A stretch of 64,000 nucleotides of DNA from Pedobacter sp. (GCA_050253415.1 JBFWJC010000002.1:160001-224000), one strand, 5' to 3'. Shown: positions 8,749 to 18,020, numbered from the stretch's first letter. Made by a program: numbers and translations. The notes: a model not told the origin generated them from the letters alone.

Positions 8749-10451
8749 GCGATACGCCCGACAAAGTTATTGACCTGGCCGCGCAAGTCGAGGCCAGGTT
8801 GCGACAAGAGGCCGCCGAGCTCGCCGCGGCAGAGGCGGAGCAAGTCGATCAAGACTCCACCGCCGGCGGTCCCGACGATCCGCGATTTGTCATGCAGTGC
8901 CTGGCCAACAACGAGCGTGGCGACGGGATTCTGTTCACCGCCCTGCAGCGTGGCCAGTTTGTCTACAACAAGACAAACGCTCTCTGGTATAGCTGGGCCG
9001 GTCATCACTGGGAAGTCGACAAGCTCAACCTGGCCACCACCGGCGTTGAATCCGTCGCGCTCAAGTATCTCGATCAGGCGGCCATGGTGCGGGCCGAACT
9101 CGATGAGTTGCGCAATGAGCTCGGCGCTCTGGAGACCCAAGCCGAAACCTGCCGCGCCGCCAAAGATCAGGCTGGTGCAGATGCCGCAACTGGTAAAGCC
9201 AAACGGCTCGCCAACCAGGTTGACGCGGCCGACCGAAAACTCAAAGGCCTTAACAAACGGGTCGAGCGCCTGCGCACCGTGCGCGGCGCATCCAACTGCC
9301 TCACCTGGGCCCACTGCGTCGAGCGGCCACTCGCCATCGTCGGCGATGAGATCGACAAAAAGCCCATGCTGCTCGCATGCAAAAACGGCGTCATCGACCT
9401 CGAGACAGGTCGCCTTCACCCAGGCAATCCATCCGACTACCTGGTGCGCGCCATCCCCGTCGAATATTACGGTATCGAACACGTCAACGAAGACTGGGAG
9501 AGGTTCCAGCGCGACATCCACCAGGACGACGAAGACTTTATCGGATTTGTGCGCCGTTACTTTGGCTACAGCATCACCGGCCTGACCAAAGAGCAGCACC
9601 TCGCCTGCTTTATCGGCGAAGGCGCCAACGGCAAAGGGACTATGTTCGAGACCCTCCACGAAGTCCTTGGAGAGCTCGCCTGGTCCATCGACCCAGAGAT
9701 GATCCTCGAGCAAAAAAACGCCAAAAGCTCCGCAGGCCCATCACCGGATATCGTCTCCCTATATGGCCGCCGCCTTGTCATCGCCTCCGAGACAGACCCA
9801 AACCGCCGCATCAGCGGAGCCAAAGTCAAACGCCTCACAGGATCCGACACACTTACCGGACGCGCCCCGCACGACAAGTACGAAATCAACTTTATCCCGA
9901 CCCATACCCTTGCCGCCATAACCAACCACGCGCCCAGGGGATTAGCCGCCGACTTTGCCCTTTTCCGGCGCCTGCTCTACCTCAACTACCCGCTGCGCTA
10001 CGTCGCAGACCCAGAACTCGAAGCCCGCAGCGACCCGCAAAACGCCGGCATCTATCGCCAACGCGACCCAGATCTGCCAGCCAAGCTGCTCGCCAATAAA
10101 CCCGGCATCCTCGCCTGGCTGGTTCGCGGATGCCTCGAATGGCAACGCGACGGACTCAAGCCACCGGAACAACTCCGCGCCGCCGCCGAAGAGATCCGCC
10201 GCAACGAAGACCACCTCGCCAGATTTATCGACGACAACTGCGAGCGCGTGGATGCAGACCGGCGCATCATGTTCAAAGCCCTGTACGCCAACTTTGACCA
10301 ATGGTTCGCCGACAACGTCGATGAAGACAAACGCTACCGCCCAGGCAAAAAAGCCATCGGCGATCAGCTGCGCCGCAAAGGCTACCGCGTCGAAAACAGC
10401 GGCGGGCAGGTCTACGTCTACGGCCTCACCATCGAAGGATGCTACGCATGA
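8745..10451 (+). CDS. P4-family primase/helicase (D5_N plus SF3 helicase)
   Basis: KNGVIDLETG, GEGANGKGT Walker A, GRRLVIASE, KRLTGSD. Confidence 0.88.
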   Translation: MSDTPDKVIDLAAQVEARLRQEAAELAAAEAEQVDQDSTAGGPDDPRFVMQCLANNERGDGILFTALQRGQFVYNKTNALWYSWAGHHWEVDKLNLATTGVESVALKYLDQAAMVRAELDELRNELGALETQAETCRAAKDQAGADAATGKAKRLANQVDAADRKLKGLNKRVERLRTVRGASNCLTWAHCVERPLAIVGDEIDKKPMLLACKNGVIDLETGRLHPGNPSDYLVRAIPVEYYGIEHVNEDWERFQRDIHQDDEDFIGFVRRYFGYSITGLTKEQHLACFIGEGANGKGTMFETLHEVLGELAWSIDPEMILEQKNAKSSAGPSPDIVSLYGRRLVIASETDPNRRISGAKVKRLTGSDTLTGRAPHDKYEINFIPTHTLAAITNHAPRGLAADFALFRRLLYLNYPLRYVADPELEARSDPQNAGIYRQRDPDLPAKLLANKPGILAWLVRGCLEWQRDGLKPPEQLRAAAEEIRRNEDHLARFIDDNCERVDADRRIMFKALYANFDQWFADNVDEDKRYRPGKKAIGDQLRRKGYRVENSGGQVYVYGLTIEGCYA

Positions 10452-10798
10452 TGACCGTTTTCGCGCTGGACAGGTCCGAACAGGGGGCAAGGGGCCATGA
10501 TCATATGATTATCGAAAAGACGTCAAATAATCATCATCATGGTTGTAACTATCCGGAAACACACAGGAATGATGCCGAATATGATCATATGATGATAATC
10601 CACAGAACTAGCTCTTCGCGTGCGCGTGCGCGCGCGTTAAGTATAAGCACTCCGTTATAGTCTGATTATTTTTTTATATTTCAAAGTTACTAGGAAAATA
10701 ATCATATCGTCATAATCGACCAAAAAAGAAAAGAAAAACAAACACTTAAAACCATGATGATGATTTTGAAGGAAAAAACACGATAATCATCATCATGG
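10450..10798. other. Putative phage replication origin (ATCAT/ATGAT iteron-like repeats, AT-rich tract)
   Basis: Repeated ATGATCATATGAT and ATAATCATCATCATGG, a GCGCGTGCGCGCGCG element and A-tracts between the helicase and primase genes. Confidence 0.55.
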
Positions 10799-12250
10799 AT
10801 GGATAAAAAGATGACCGTCCTCGATCTCGCCCAAAACCGCATATCCGGACTCAAAAAGAAAACCGCCAAAGAATGGGCCGGGCCTTGCCCTGTTTGCGGA
10901 GGTACCGACCGGTTCCTTGTTTGGACCCACCGCGACGCCTGGCACTGCCGTGGCTGCGACAAAAGCGGCGACGCTATCGAGTTTTTGCGCATGGTCGATG
11001 GACTGTCCTGCCCCGACGCCCACGAAGCCCTTGGCAAGCCATGCGACTCGTCCAGCTGCGGTGCCCGTGACAAATGTCGCCTCGGTGATGGCAAAACCGG
11101 TGCCACTCGCCGCGATCCGCTGCGTGTGACACCCTCTGTCAAACCCGAGCGCACCGACGACTGGACCCCGTCCACCGCCACCGACCCCGCCGCACAGTGG
11201 GCCGAAAAAGCCGAAGCCCTCACCACCTGGGCCCATGAGCAACTACTCGCCAACGCCGACCAGCTTGCTTTCCTCGCCGCGCGCGGTCTGCCCATCGAAG
11301 CCGTCAAACAATTCCGCCTCGGCTGGGTGCCCAAAGACCTCTACCGCGAACGTGGCGCCTGGGGCCTGTCCACCGACGAGATCAGCGAGCGCACCGGAAA
11401 GCCCAAAAAACTGTGGATACCCCAAGGCATCCTGATCCCCTTTACCGCCGACGCCCAGCTACACCGCATCCGTATCCGCCGCCACAAAGTCGAAGGAGAC
11501 CAGCCCCGTTATTACTGGCTGCCCGGCAGCGGCAACGACGTCGTGCTCATCAACCCCACGGCCCGCGCCTTTGTCGTCGTCGAATCCGACCTCGACGGGC
11601 TCGCCGTGGTGCATGCCGCCAGCGACCTGGTCGGCAGCGTACCCCTTGGCACCTGCAGCGCAAAACCCAAAGAGCACGCCAACGAGATCCTAAGCCGCGC
11701 CCTCAGCATCCTCGTCGCCCTCGATTTTGACAGCCCCGACGCCAAAGGGCAGCGCCCGGGCTCAAAAGCCTGGCCATGGTGGCGCGAGCACTTCCCACGC
11801 GCCGATCGCTGGCCCGTCCCAGCCGGTAAAGACCCCGGCGACTACGTCAAAGACCACGGCGGCGATCTGCGCGCCTGGGTCGAAGCCGGCCTGCGCAAAT
11901 TCTGCCCGGCCCTCACCATCCAACCGCCACCGACCGCCACAAACCATGTGGAAAAACCGGAAGAGGCCGCGGCCGATCACCTGACCGACGATGAGCCAGT
12001 GACCCTTCCGACCCATCACAAAGGCATCAGCGCCGGCGGTCATGACTACATCATCGCACACCAGGCCGACCATGCCCCCATGCTGATGGACGCCTACCCC
12101 GGCGTTCCGGTTTTTACCCTGGCCGAGATCGAGCAGCTTAAAGGGATGACAAAACAACAGGCGGAAATAGTTTTGTTGGCCAAGAAGGCATTAGGCGCCG
12201 ACACCGAAGTGCTCGAGACACGGCCATTAAAAAAGACGGAACCTCAATAA
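10799..12250 (+). CDS. Primase with zinc-binding and Toprim domains
   Basis: EWAGPCPVCGGTDRF..WHCRGC..GD; VVVESDLD, LDFD, GKDPGD. Confidence 0.82.
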   Translation: MDKKMTVLDLAQNRISGLKKKTAKEWAGPCPVCGGTDRFLVWTHRDAWHCRGCDKSGDAIEFLRMVDGLSCPDAHEALGKPCDSSSCGARDKCRLGDGKTGATRRDPLRVTPSVKPERTDDWTPSTATDPAAQWAEKAEALTTWAHEQLLANADQLAFLAARGLPIEAVKQFRLGWVPKDLYRERGAWGLSTDEISERTGKPKKLWIPQGILIPFTADAQLHRIRIRRHKVEGDQPRYYWLPGSGNDVVLINPTARAFVVVESDLDGLAVVHAASDLVGSVPLGTCSAKPKEHANEILSRALSILVALDFDSPDAKGQRPGSKAWPWWREHFPRADRWPVPAGKDPGDYVKDHGGDLRAWVEAGLRKFCPALTIQPPPTATNHVEKPEEAAADHLTDDEPVTLPTHHKGISAGGHDYIIAHQADHAPMLMDAYPGVPVFTLAEIEQLKGMTKQQAEIVLLAKKALGADTEVLETRPLKKTEPQ

Positions 12251-12318
12251 GCGACACATCAGAGCCCGACATGTTATTGGGCCGATCAAAAGCAAGCCAA
12301 CGAACAAAGGAGATGAGG

Positions 12319-12699
12319 ATGGACGAACAACAAAACAGCAAAGTCCAGGTGGAAGTAGGGCGCATGTCCCTGGCCACCCTGGCAGGAGGGGCAGCCGTCG
12401 AGAAATTCGACGCCGAGCTCGAACGCGTACTGCAAAACATCGCCGACATCAATACCACTGGCGGAGACCGGAGTATCACACTTAAAGTCACGCTTAAACC
12501 GGACGCCGAAAGATCCTTCTGCCGGGTGAGCGTCCAGGTTAGCAGCCGCCTGCAGCCTGAAGAACCCTTCGGCACTCAGATGTTCCTCGGTCGCGAAGGA
12601 GGCCGCACCGTCGCTTTTGAGCACAACCCCGAACAGCTAAAACTTGGTTACCATCCCCACGAAGTCAAACCACAAGCCATTCGCCTCGGAGGCAAATAA
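12319..12699 (+). CDS. Conserved phage hypothetical protein
   Basis: RBS AAGGAG; LAGGAAVEKF...NIADINT...RSITLKVTLKP. Confidence 0.7.
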   Translation: MDEQQNSKVQVEVGRMSLATLAGGAAVEKFDAELERVLQNIADINTTGGDRSITLKVTLKPDAERSFCRVSVQVSSRLQPEEPFGTQMFLGREGGRTVAFEHNPEQLKLGYHPHEVKPQAIRLGGK

Positions 12700-12700
12700 C

Positions 12701-13414
12701 ATGTTGGAAAAATTTCTTAACCGACTCATAGAGCTTAAACGACCCGAAACCGTCGAGATCGATGGACGTCAATACACCACCGCCAAACTGTACCCCGTCG
12801 AAGATCCGACCCCGGCCGCGATCACGGTGCATACCTTGGCCAGTCTTGCCACCTACATCAAAGATCATCCCGCCGATCTTCCTCCGGTCGATCAGCTGAT
12901 CCTGTCCGTCGACTCGCCGGTGCGCGTTGATCTGCTCAGCCATGGTGCCGGATACTTCAACCAGCGCCGCCACTGCGCCGCCGCAACCGTGTTGCCCGAT
13001 GAATTCCCCTTCGGTTGCTACATGCCACAGGAAGAATTCGTCATCGCCATGATGACCCGCTTCGTCCGCGACAAAATGGTCGACGATATCATGGCCGTGG
13101 CCGGAAATCTGAGCGCCGACACCAATCTGGCCATCGAAGACGACGGCGTTTCCCAACGTCTCAACGTCAAGGCCGGTATCTCACGCAAAAGCGAAGTCGT
13201 CGTCGAAAACCCCGTCACTCTGCGCCCCTACCGCACATTCATCGAAGTCGAACAGCCCGAATGCCAGCTGGTGCTGCGCTTCAAAAAAGACCGCGAAGGT
13301 GTCCCCCAGTGCGCCCTGTTTGAAGCCGATGGAGGCCTGTGGAAGAACAAAGCCGCCGACAATATCGCAACCTGGCTGCGGCAAAACGTACCCGGAGTAA
13401 GCGTCCTGGCCTGA
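12701..13414 (+). CDS. Conserved phage hypothetical protein
   Basis: RBS GGAGG; DDGVSQ...NPVTLRPYRTFIEVEQP...ALFEADGGLW. Confidence 0.7.
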   Translation: MLEKFLNRLIELKRPETVEIDGRQYTTAKLYPVEDPTPAAITVHTLASLATYIKDHPADLPPVDQLILSVDSPVRVDLLSHGAGYFNQRRHCAAATVLPDEFPFGCYMPQEEFVIAMMTRFVRDKMVDDIMAVAGNLSADTNLAIEDDGVSQRLNVKAGISRKSEVVVENPVTLRPYRTFIEVEQPECQLVLRFKKDREGVPQCALFEADGGLWKNKAADNIATWLRQNVPGVSVLA

Positions 13415-13468
13415 CATTGCCCGATGCCCGGGGTCACTACGGCCCCGGGTAAAATCACGGAGAAAACC

Positions 13469-13939
13469 ATGAGACCACTCACCCGCACCGAATGCCAAGG
13501 CCCGTTTGTCCTGTCGCTGATCTGCGCCCTTGCCAATGGCCTGCAGCAAGCCGAACCCGTCAAGCACAGCGCCCGCGTAAACCGCCTGGCCAAAGTCGAA
13601 GAGACCGCCATGCGCGCCATCGACTTTTATCCGGATGCCGAACTGACGCCCCAGGTGCAGGAGTTGGCCGCCGAGTTTTTCGACCGGGTGGAAAAAATAT
13701 TCGTAGAGACTGTTGCGCCGCCTTTGGTCATGGATGAAAAACGCCAGAGCCAGATCGCCGCCCTGATCAGCACCAGCGTCGATGATTGCCGCAGCACCAT
13801 CGCCCTGATGGACGATGCAAGTTTACTGCAGGCTGTGCTGGACCATATGGATAAAAACAACATCGACGGAAAAACCCGCCGACAGGTCATCGCGCGAAGG
13901 ATCCGGGCGATCAATAAGCAGGCCAGCCAATGTGCATGA
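13469..13939 (+). CDS. Hypothetical phage protein
   Basis: RBS GGAGA; codon style matches the phage backbone. Confidence 0.6.
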   Translation: MRPLTRTECQGPFVLSLICALANGLQQAEPVKHSARVNRLAKVEETAMRAIDFYPDAELTPQVQELAAEFFDRVEKIFVETVAPPLVMDEKRQSQIAALISTSVDDCRSTIALMDDASLLQAVLDHMDKNNIDGKTRRQVIARRIRAINKQASQCA

Positions 13940-14054
13940 ACCGCCAGCCACTAAGCCCGAAAGTTTGCCCCATCTGCGGCGGATATCTCGCCACCATCGG
14001 CAACAAGACCCGCGAGTGCGAGCAATGCGGATACCGCCGCAAGGAGAAAACCAA

Positions 14055-14639
14055 ATGACCAACCCAGCCGCCACCCCGCAACCCATGTCCCGCCAAGGTC
14101 GTCAAAACGTCCTGCCCGAAGTCATCAAAGACCTCGAAGCCCGCACCGCCGTCGGCATTACCAAATACGGCACCCAACTGCAAACCCACAACGGCCGTGA
14201 CGCCCTGATCGATGCCTACCAGGAATCCCTCGACCAGGTGCAATATCTCAAACAGGTACTCATGGAGCGCGACAACCCCGCACCCGAATACAACTGGCCC
14301 GAGACCATCTTTGTCCGGCAAAACACCACCGCCCAGCAACTCGACCATATCCTCAGCGAGGTCGACGAAATCAACCAGATCGGGCCCCATATCGATCCAG
14401 ACGGTAGCCCCAACGACCCGATCCTGCGACACCTGCACATGAAGGTCGCCGACCTGCACCACAGCATCGAGACCTACTGGCGCAAACTAGAGATTGAGCG
14501 CGGGCCCGAATACGTCTCCGCCGTGTTCCAAGCCGTCGAGGATGAAAGCAGGGTGCGCGGATATTACGACCTGGATCCCATCGAAGAACCGCTGCCATGC
14601 CTTGCCGGACCGTTTGGGTTGATGCCCCAGGGAGTTTGA
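14055..14639 (+). CDS. Hypothetical phage protein
   Basis: RBS AAGGAG; R..VGITKYGTQL..NGRD.L.DAYQE..D motif seen in phage proteins. Confidence 0.65.
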   Translation: MTNPAATPQPMSRQGRQNVLPEVIKDLEARTAVGITKYGTQLQTHNGRDALIDAYQESLDQVQYLKQVLMERDNPAPEYNWPETIFVRQNTTAQQLDHILSEVDEINQIGPHIDPDGSPNDPILRHLHMKVADLHHSIETYWRKLEIERGPEYVSAVFQAVEDESRVRGYYDLDPIEEPLPCLAGPFGLMPQGV

Positions 14640-14644
14640 CAGGT

Positions 14645-14833
14645 ATGGCCACAGATCCGGCCCGCGCCAAAAAGCGCACCCTGGCCCAGTGGCGCCACGA
14701 GCAACGCCAATCCTGCCGAGCCAGACCATGCTCCGCCGTCGCCGAAATGCTCGCAACCGGCAAGACCGCCGGCCAGATCCGCTGCGTGATCTGCGTGTGG
14801 GAAGGCCAGATCAAAAAGATAGCGCCGCAGTAA
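14645..14833 (+). CDS. Small hypothetical protein
   Basis: RBS-like AGGT; followed by a GC hairpin. Confidence 0.4.
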   Translation: MATDPARAKKRTLAQWRHEQRQSCRARPCSAVAEMLATGKTAGQIRCVICVWEGQIKKIAPQ

Positions 14834-14863
14834 AAGCGATTTGACTGTGAGATAGCTGCGGCA

Positions 14864-14888
14864 TCCCGCCGCCGTGGTGGCGGCGGGA
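14864..14888 (+). terminator. GC-rich hairpin just upstream of the cassette array
   Basis: TCCCGCCGCC-GTGGT-GGCGGCGGGA then AGATTTT. Confidence 0.4.
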
Positions 14889-14893
14889 AGATT

Positions 14894-14995
14894 TTGAAAC
14901 GCCAAGGTAAGACGCGCCGCACTTCCGACGGCGCACCACTAAATTTAACGCGAACCTGCCAGCTATTGCGCGTCGTCTTGACCGGCTGGTTGTGC
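14894..14995 (-). repeat. attC-1 (102 bp)
   Basis: Minus strand GCACAAC CAGCC GGT-C-AAGAC...GTCTT ACC TTGGC GTTTCAA. Confidence 0.82.
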
Positions 14996-15013
14996 CCGCC
15001 TACGGAGGAGTGA

Positions 15014-15253
15014 ATGAAGATCTGGTTTGTAGGAAAGCCGATTGTTGTTGATGGAGAAGAACTTGGCTGGATGCCGGAAGGGGCTTTTGAGACAGAAGAG
15101 GAGGCGGCGAAGGTTGCCACAGATGCCGAATTTATCGTACTGGCCGAGGTTGGAGGAAGATTTCCAGAAAAAGCCACAGATGCCGAAAAGCTGTATTACC
15201 CGAAACTGGAGCGGTGGGAGGATAGCGCCCTTTACAAGATGCGGAATCAGTAA
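15014..15253 (+). CDS. Cassette 1 hypothetical protein
   Basis: RBS GGAGGAG; fills the space between attC-1 and attC-2. Confidence 0.7.
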   Translation: MKIWFVGKPIVVDGEELGWMPEGAFETEEEAAKVATDAEFIVLAEVGGRFPEKATDAEKLYYPKLERWEDSALYKMRNQ

Positions 15254-15255
15254 GG

Positions 15256-15330
15256 GAACAACGCCTGCCGATCAGCGGTGAACGAAGGAGCGCAGCGGAT
15301 GAGTTATCCGCTGCATGGGCCTTGTTAAAC
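15256..15330 (-). repeat. attC-2 (75 bp)
   Basis: Minus strand GTTTAAC AAGGC CCAT-G-CAGCGGA...CCGCTG ATCGG CAGGC GTTGTTC. Confidence 0.85.
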
Positions 15331-15350
15331 AGCCATAAGGAAATGGTCAA

Positions 15351-15737
15351 ATGACACGATTTAAATTTAGAGCATGGGACTCCGTGAACAAGGAAATGCT
15401 TGACGCAAATACTGGATGTTTTTTCTACGAAGAAGACAACGGTTTCCATTGTGGATACCTGGCTGGTGTCAACGCTCCTGCTGATGTTGCGGGGGATTGG
15501 GTTGAATGCCCTGTGATGCAATGGACCGGGATCCGTGACAAAAACGGCATCGAGATTTACGAGGGTGACATTGTAAACCTTGACACTCTTTGCAAATACG
15601 AAGGCGGTGGGACTATTTGGAGAATTAAGCCGCACAAGGTTGTTTTTGAACGCCAGAGATGGCTCCCGGATAGACTGTCGGAGTCTGAAATTATTGGCAA
15701 CATCTACGAACACCCTGAGCTGGTCGGGGCAGTTTAA
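15351..15737 (+). CDS. Cassette 2: YopX-family protein
   Basis: FKFRAWD...MQWTGIRDKNGIEIYEGDIV...EIIGNIYEHPEL. Confidence 0.88.
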   Translation: MTRFKFRAWDSVNKEMLDANTGCFFYEEDNGFHCGYLAGVNAPADVAGDWVECPVMQWTGIRDKNGIEIYEGDIVNLDTLCKYEGGGTIWRIKPHKVVFERQRWLPDRLSESEIIGNIYEHPELVGAV

Positions 15738-15865
15738 CGCTTGAGATCACGGGATTGCGGAGGAAACTATGACAATTGATATGGATATGCCATTTGGCGA
15801 GTTTGCACGGAAACACCTTGATACCGGCGCGGGTAGCAATTCCGCTGTGGATCGACTGGTTAAAT
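15732..15865 (-). repeat. attC-3 (134 bp; contains the RBS and start codon of the cassette 3 gene)
   Basis: Plus strand GTTTAAC GCTTGA GATCAC GGGATTGC...GCAATTCC GCT GTG-G-ATC GACTG GTTAAAT. Confidence 0.82.
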
Positions 15866-16164
15866 CGCCGCCGGTAGTCTGCCTGTGCGGATCTACTCGT
15901 TTTTTCGATGCGTTCAGAGACGCGAATCGCGCCGAAACGATGGAGGGAAAGATCGTGCTTGCTCCCGGAGTGTTTGGCCATTGCGGCGATCCATTGACTG
16001 ACGACGATAAGTTGCGGCTAGATATTTTGCACTATTGGAAAATTGACCTGGCCGACGAGGTGCTTGTGCTCAATGTTGGCGGGTACATTGGCAGCAGCAC
16101 CCAAAACGAAATCGAGTATGCCAAGCGAACCGGGAAACCTGTGCGCTTTCTTGAGGCGATTTAA
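15769..16164 (+). CDS. Cassette 3: nucleoside 2-deoxyribosyltransferase-like / DUF4406-like protein
   Basis: VVCLCGSTRF...KIDLADEVLVLNVGGYIGSSTQNEIEYAKRTGKPV. Confidence 0.7.
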   Translation: MTIDMDMPFGEFARKHLDTGAGSNSAVDRLVKSPPVVCLCGSTRFFDAFRDANRAETMEGKIVLAPGVFGHCGDPLTDDDKLRLDILHYWKIDLADEVLVLNVGGYIGSSTQNEIEYAKRTGKPVRFLEAI

Positions 16165-16218
16165 CGACTTAGTATGAGCGCGCCTGCGTAGCAGGTCCGC
16201 TCGATGCGCTGGTTCTAA
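16159..16218 (-). repeat. attC-4 (60 bp)
   Basis: Plus strand ATTTAAC GACTTA GTATGAGC..CCTGC GTA GCAGG..GCTC-G-ATGC GCTG GTTCTAA. Confidence 0.8.
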
Positions 16219-16252
16219 AGGGTTTTCGCGCTCGGCGAAGCCGATAGGGGGT

Positions 16253-17110
16253 TTGATTGTGGGTTTATTTGAGACAACAGAAGAAGAACTGTACCAGATC
16301 GCCATAAGTCGGCCGCTTGAAGAGAAGATTGATCAGGCAATCTCTCTTATCCAGGCGACTGAAGGCCAAGCGTTGAAATTATCTGATGATGGCTTTTACG
16401 TCTGCTTTTCTGGGGGGAAAGACAGCATTGTCATGGCTCGGTTGTTTGAGATGGCCGGTGTTAAATTTGGCCTACATTACAACAATGTGACAATCGATCC
16501 TCCCGAACTGGTTCGGTTTATCAAGGAAGAATATCCCCATGCGGAATGGCATTCTGTCGGCAAGCACCTGATCAACTACATGGCCGAAGACAAGGTTTGC
16601 GGTCCCCCAACGCGGCTAATTCGCTGGTGTTGCGAGATTTACAAAGAGCAAGGTGGGGTTGATAAATTCCGGGCAATAGGGGTGAGGGCCGAAGAGTCCG
16701 CCAGGCGGAAGGGGTTGTGGAAGCAGATTACCACTGACAGGAAAACGAAGATGCCGATTTTATGCCCCATTTTGTATTGGACACATGCCGACATCTGGGC
16801 ATTCATCAAGCAGCATGACATGCCGTATTGCTGCTTGTATGACGAGGGTTTTGACCGCCTGGGCTGTGTCGGGTGCCCAATGGGAGGACCAAAAGGGCAA
16901 GCCCGCGATTTCGCCCGCTGGCCGAAATATGAAGCGATGTGGAAGCGTGGATTCAGGAAGTATTTTGACAAGTACAAGGGCGTTCCGAAGCGCAACGGGG
17001 AGCCTCGGGCAATCGAAAAATTCCCAACCGTAGACGACCTGTGGAATTGGTGGATAAGCGGCAAAGCCTATGAAGGCGACAATCCGGATTGCCAACTGTG
17101 GCTGTGGTAG
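16253..17110 (+). CDS. Cassette 4: PAPS-reductase-family (PP-loop) protein
   Basis: FSGGKDS, RWCCEIYKE, GVRAEESARR, PILYWT, RLGCVGCP. Confidence 0.88.
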   Translation: MIVGLFETTEEELYQIAISRPLEEKIDQAISLIQATEGQALKLSDDGFYVCFSGGKDSIVMARLFEMAGVKFGLHYNNVTIDPPELVRFIKEEYPHAEWHSVGKHLINYMAEDKVCGPPTRLIRWCCEIYKEQGGVDKFRAIGVRAEESARRKGLWKQITTDRKTKMPILCPILYWTHADIWAFIKQHDMPYCCLYDEGFDRLGCVGCPMGGPKGQARDFARWPKYEAMWKRGFRKYFDKYKGVPKRNGEPRAIEKFPTVDDLWNWWISGKAYEGDNPDCQLWLW

Positions 17111-17128
17111 GTTTTGCGCGAAAAGACT

Positions 17129-17230
17129 TTAGAACGATCATGGTCAGCGACGGTGTGAGAACGGACGCGCCGCACCGACCTAAACGAGAATCGCCGCAGG
17201 TCTTCCGTTCGCTGGACCTGCTGGTTAGAT
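17129..17230 (-). repeat. attC-5 (102 bp)
   Basis: Plus strand TTAGAAC GATCAT GGT CAGCGA CGG...CCG T TCGCTG-G-ACC TGCTG GTTAGAT. Confidence 0.85.
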
Positions 17231-17250
17231 TTCTTTCTATAGAGGAACTT

Positions 17251-17451
17251 ATGAAACCTAAATGCCCACATTGCGATCACCAGTTTGATGACGACCAAGT
17301 TTGGCACGGAAGCAACAACTGCGAATTCCCAACCGAGCGCGACGGTGATACGGGGGAATTCGACTGCCCGATCTGCGGGAAGCCGCTGTATGTTCGTATT
17401 GAATTCACCCCCGCATGGTACTTCACCGACGATAACGGCATTGAAATCTAA
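17251..17451 (+). CDS. Cassette 5: zinc-ribbon protein
   Basis: RBS GAGGA; CPHC...CPIC. Confidence 0.7.
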   Translation: MKPKCPHCDHQFDDDQVWHGSNNCEFPTERDGDTGEFDCPICGKPLYVRIEFTPAWYFTDDNGIEI

Positions 17452-17531
17452 TAACAAAGATCAGCGGCGAAGGAGGCCGTAGCCTATGAAACTGAAGCGT
17501 TTATTTCGTCCGCTGTATTGGCTGGTTATGC
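17446..17531 (-). repeat. attC-6 (86 bp; R' box begins ATT instead of GTT; contains the RBS and start of the cassette 6 gene)
   Basis: Plus strand ATCTAAT AACAAA GAT CAGCGG CGAA...TTCG T CCGCTG-T-ATT GGCTG GTTATGC. Confidence 0.75.
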
Positions 17532-17695
17532 GCTGCACTGGAACTATTTATTTGGAACCTGGCCTTAGAGTAACCACTTCTGGCTGGGTGATTATTTCTG
17601 ACGGGAAATCGAAAGATGCTTTGCCTATCAGCCTCGTCTCGCAAGAGATTGTGGATAAGGTGGAAGCCAGTTTGGCAAGTTGGGGTTACACATAA
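17486..17695 (+). CDS. Cassette 6 hypothetical protein
   Basis: RBS AGGAGG inside attC-6; TAA stop coincides with the next R box. Confidence 0.6.
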   Translation: MKLKRLFRPLYWLVMRCTGTIYLEPGLRVTTSGWVIISDGKSKDALPISLVSQEIVDKVEASLASWGYT

Positions 17696-17744
17696 CGACT
17701 AGCTGACCGAGAGCGCAGCGATTCGGTCGAGCGGCTTGTTGTAA
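17690..17744 (-). repeat. attC-7 (55 bp)
   Basis: Plus strand ACATAAC GACTA GCT GACCGA GAGCGCAGCGAT TCGGTC-G-AGC GGCTT GTTGTAA. Confidence 0.85.
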
Positions 17745-17756
17745 TGCGAGGGACCT

Positions 17757-18020
17757 ATGAAAAAGAACCGATTGGCCGCAAAGGAGTGGCGCGAAGAAGA
17801 TCAACGGAAAAAGAAGCAAGCTGAAGACATTGAGTACGCCACAAGCAAAACATACGACGCAGAAAAGCGCATCCGTGGCTTGAGTGCAACAATCGAGTAT
17901 GCCGGGCATCCAGAAATCGCAGAAAAGGTAGAGTCTGCGAGGTTGCTATTAGCAGAATCTTACGAAAATCTGCAAGCAATACAACGACTAGCTGACCGAG
18001 AGCGCAGCGATTCGGTCTAG
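17757..18020 (+). CDS. Cassette 7 hypothetical coiled-coil protein (reads into attC-8)
   Basis: RBS GAGGGA; stop TAG lies inside attC-8. Confidence 0.65.
   Translation: MKKNRLAAKEWREEDQRKKKQAEDIEYATSKTYDAEKRIRGLSATIEYAGHPEIAEKVESARLLLAESYENLQAIQRLADRERSDSV

Noticed and set aside
8451..9713. Long antisense ORFs (also 19920-21158, 31632-33038, 48731-49966, 60880-62217, 62809-63897)
   Set aside because: Shadow frames of GC-rich genes with clear motifs on the opposite strand.
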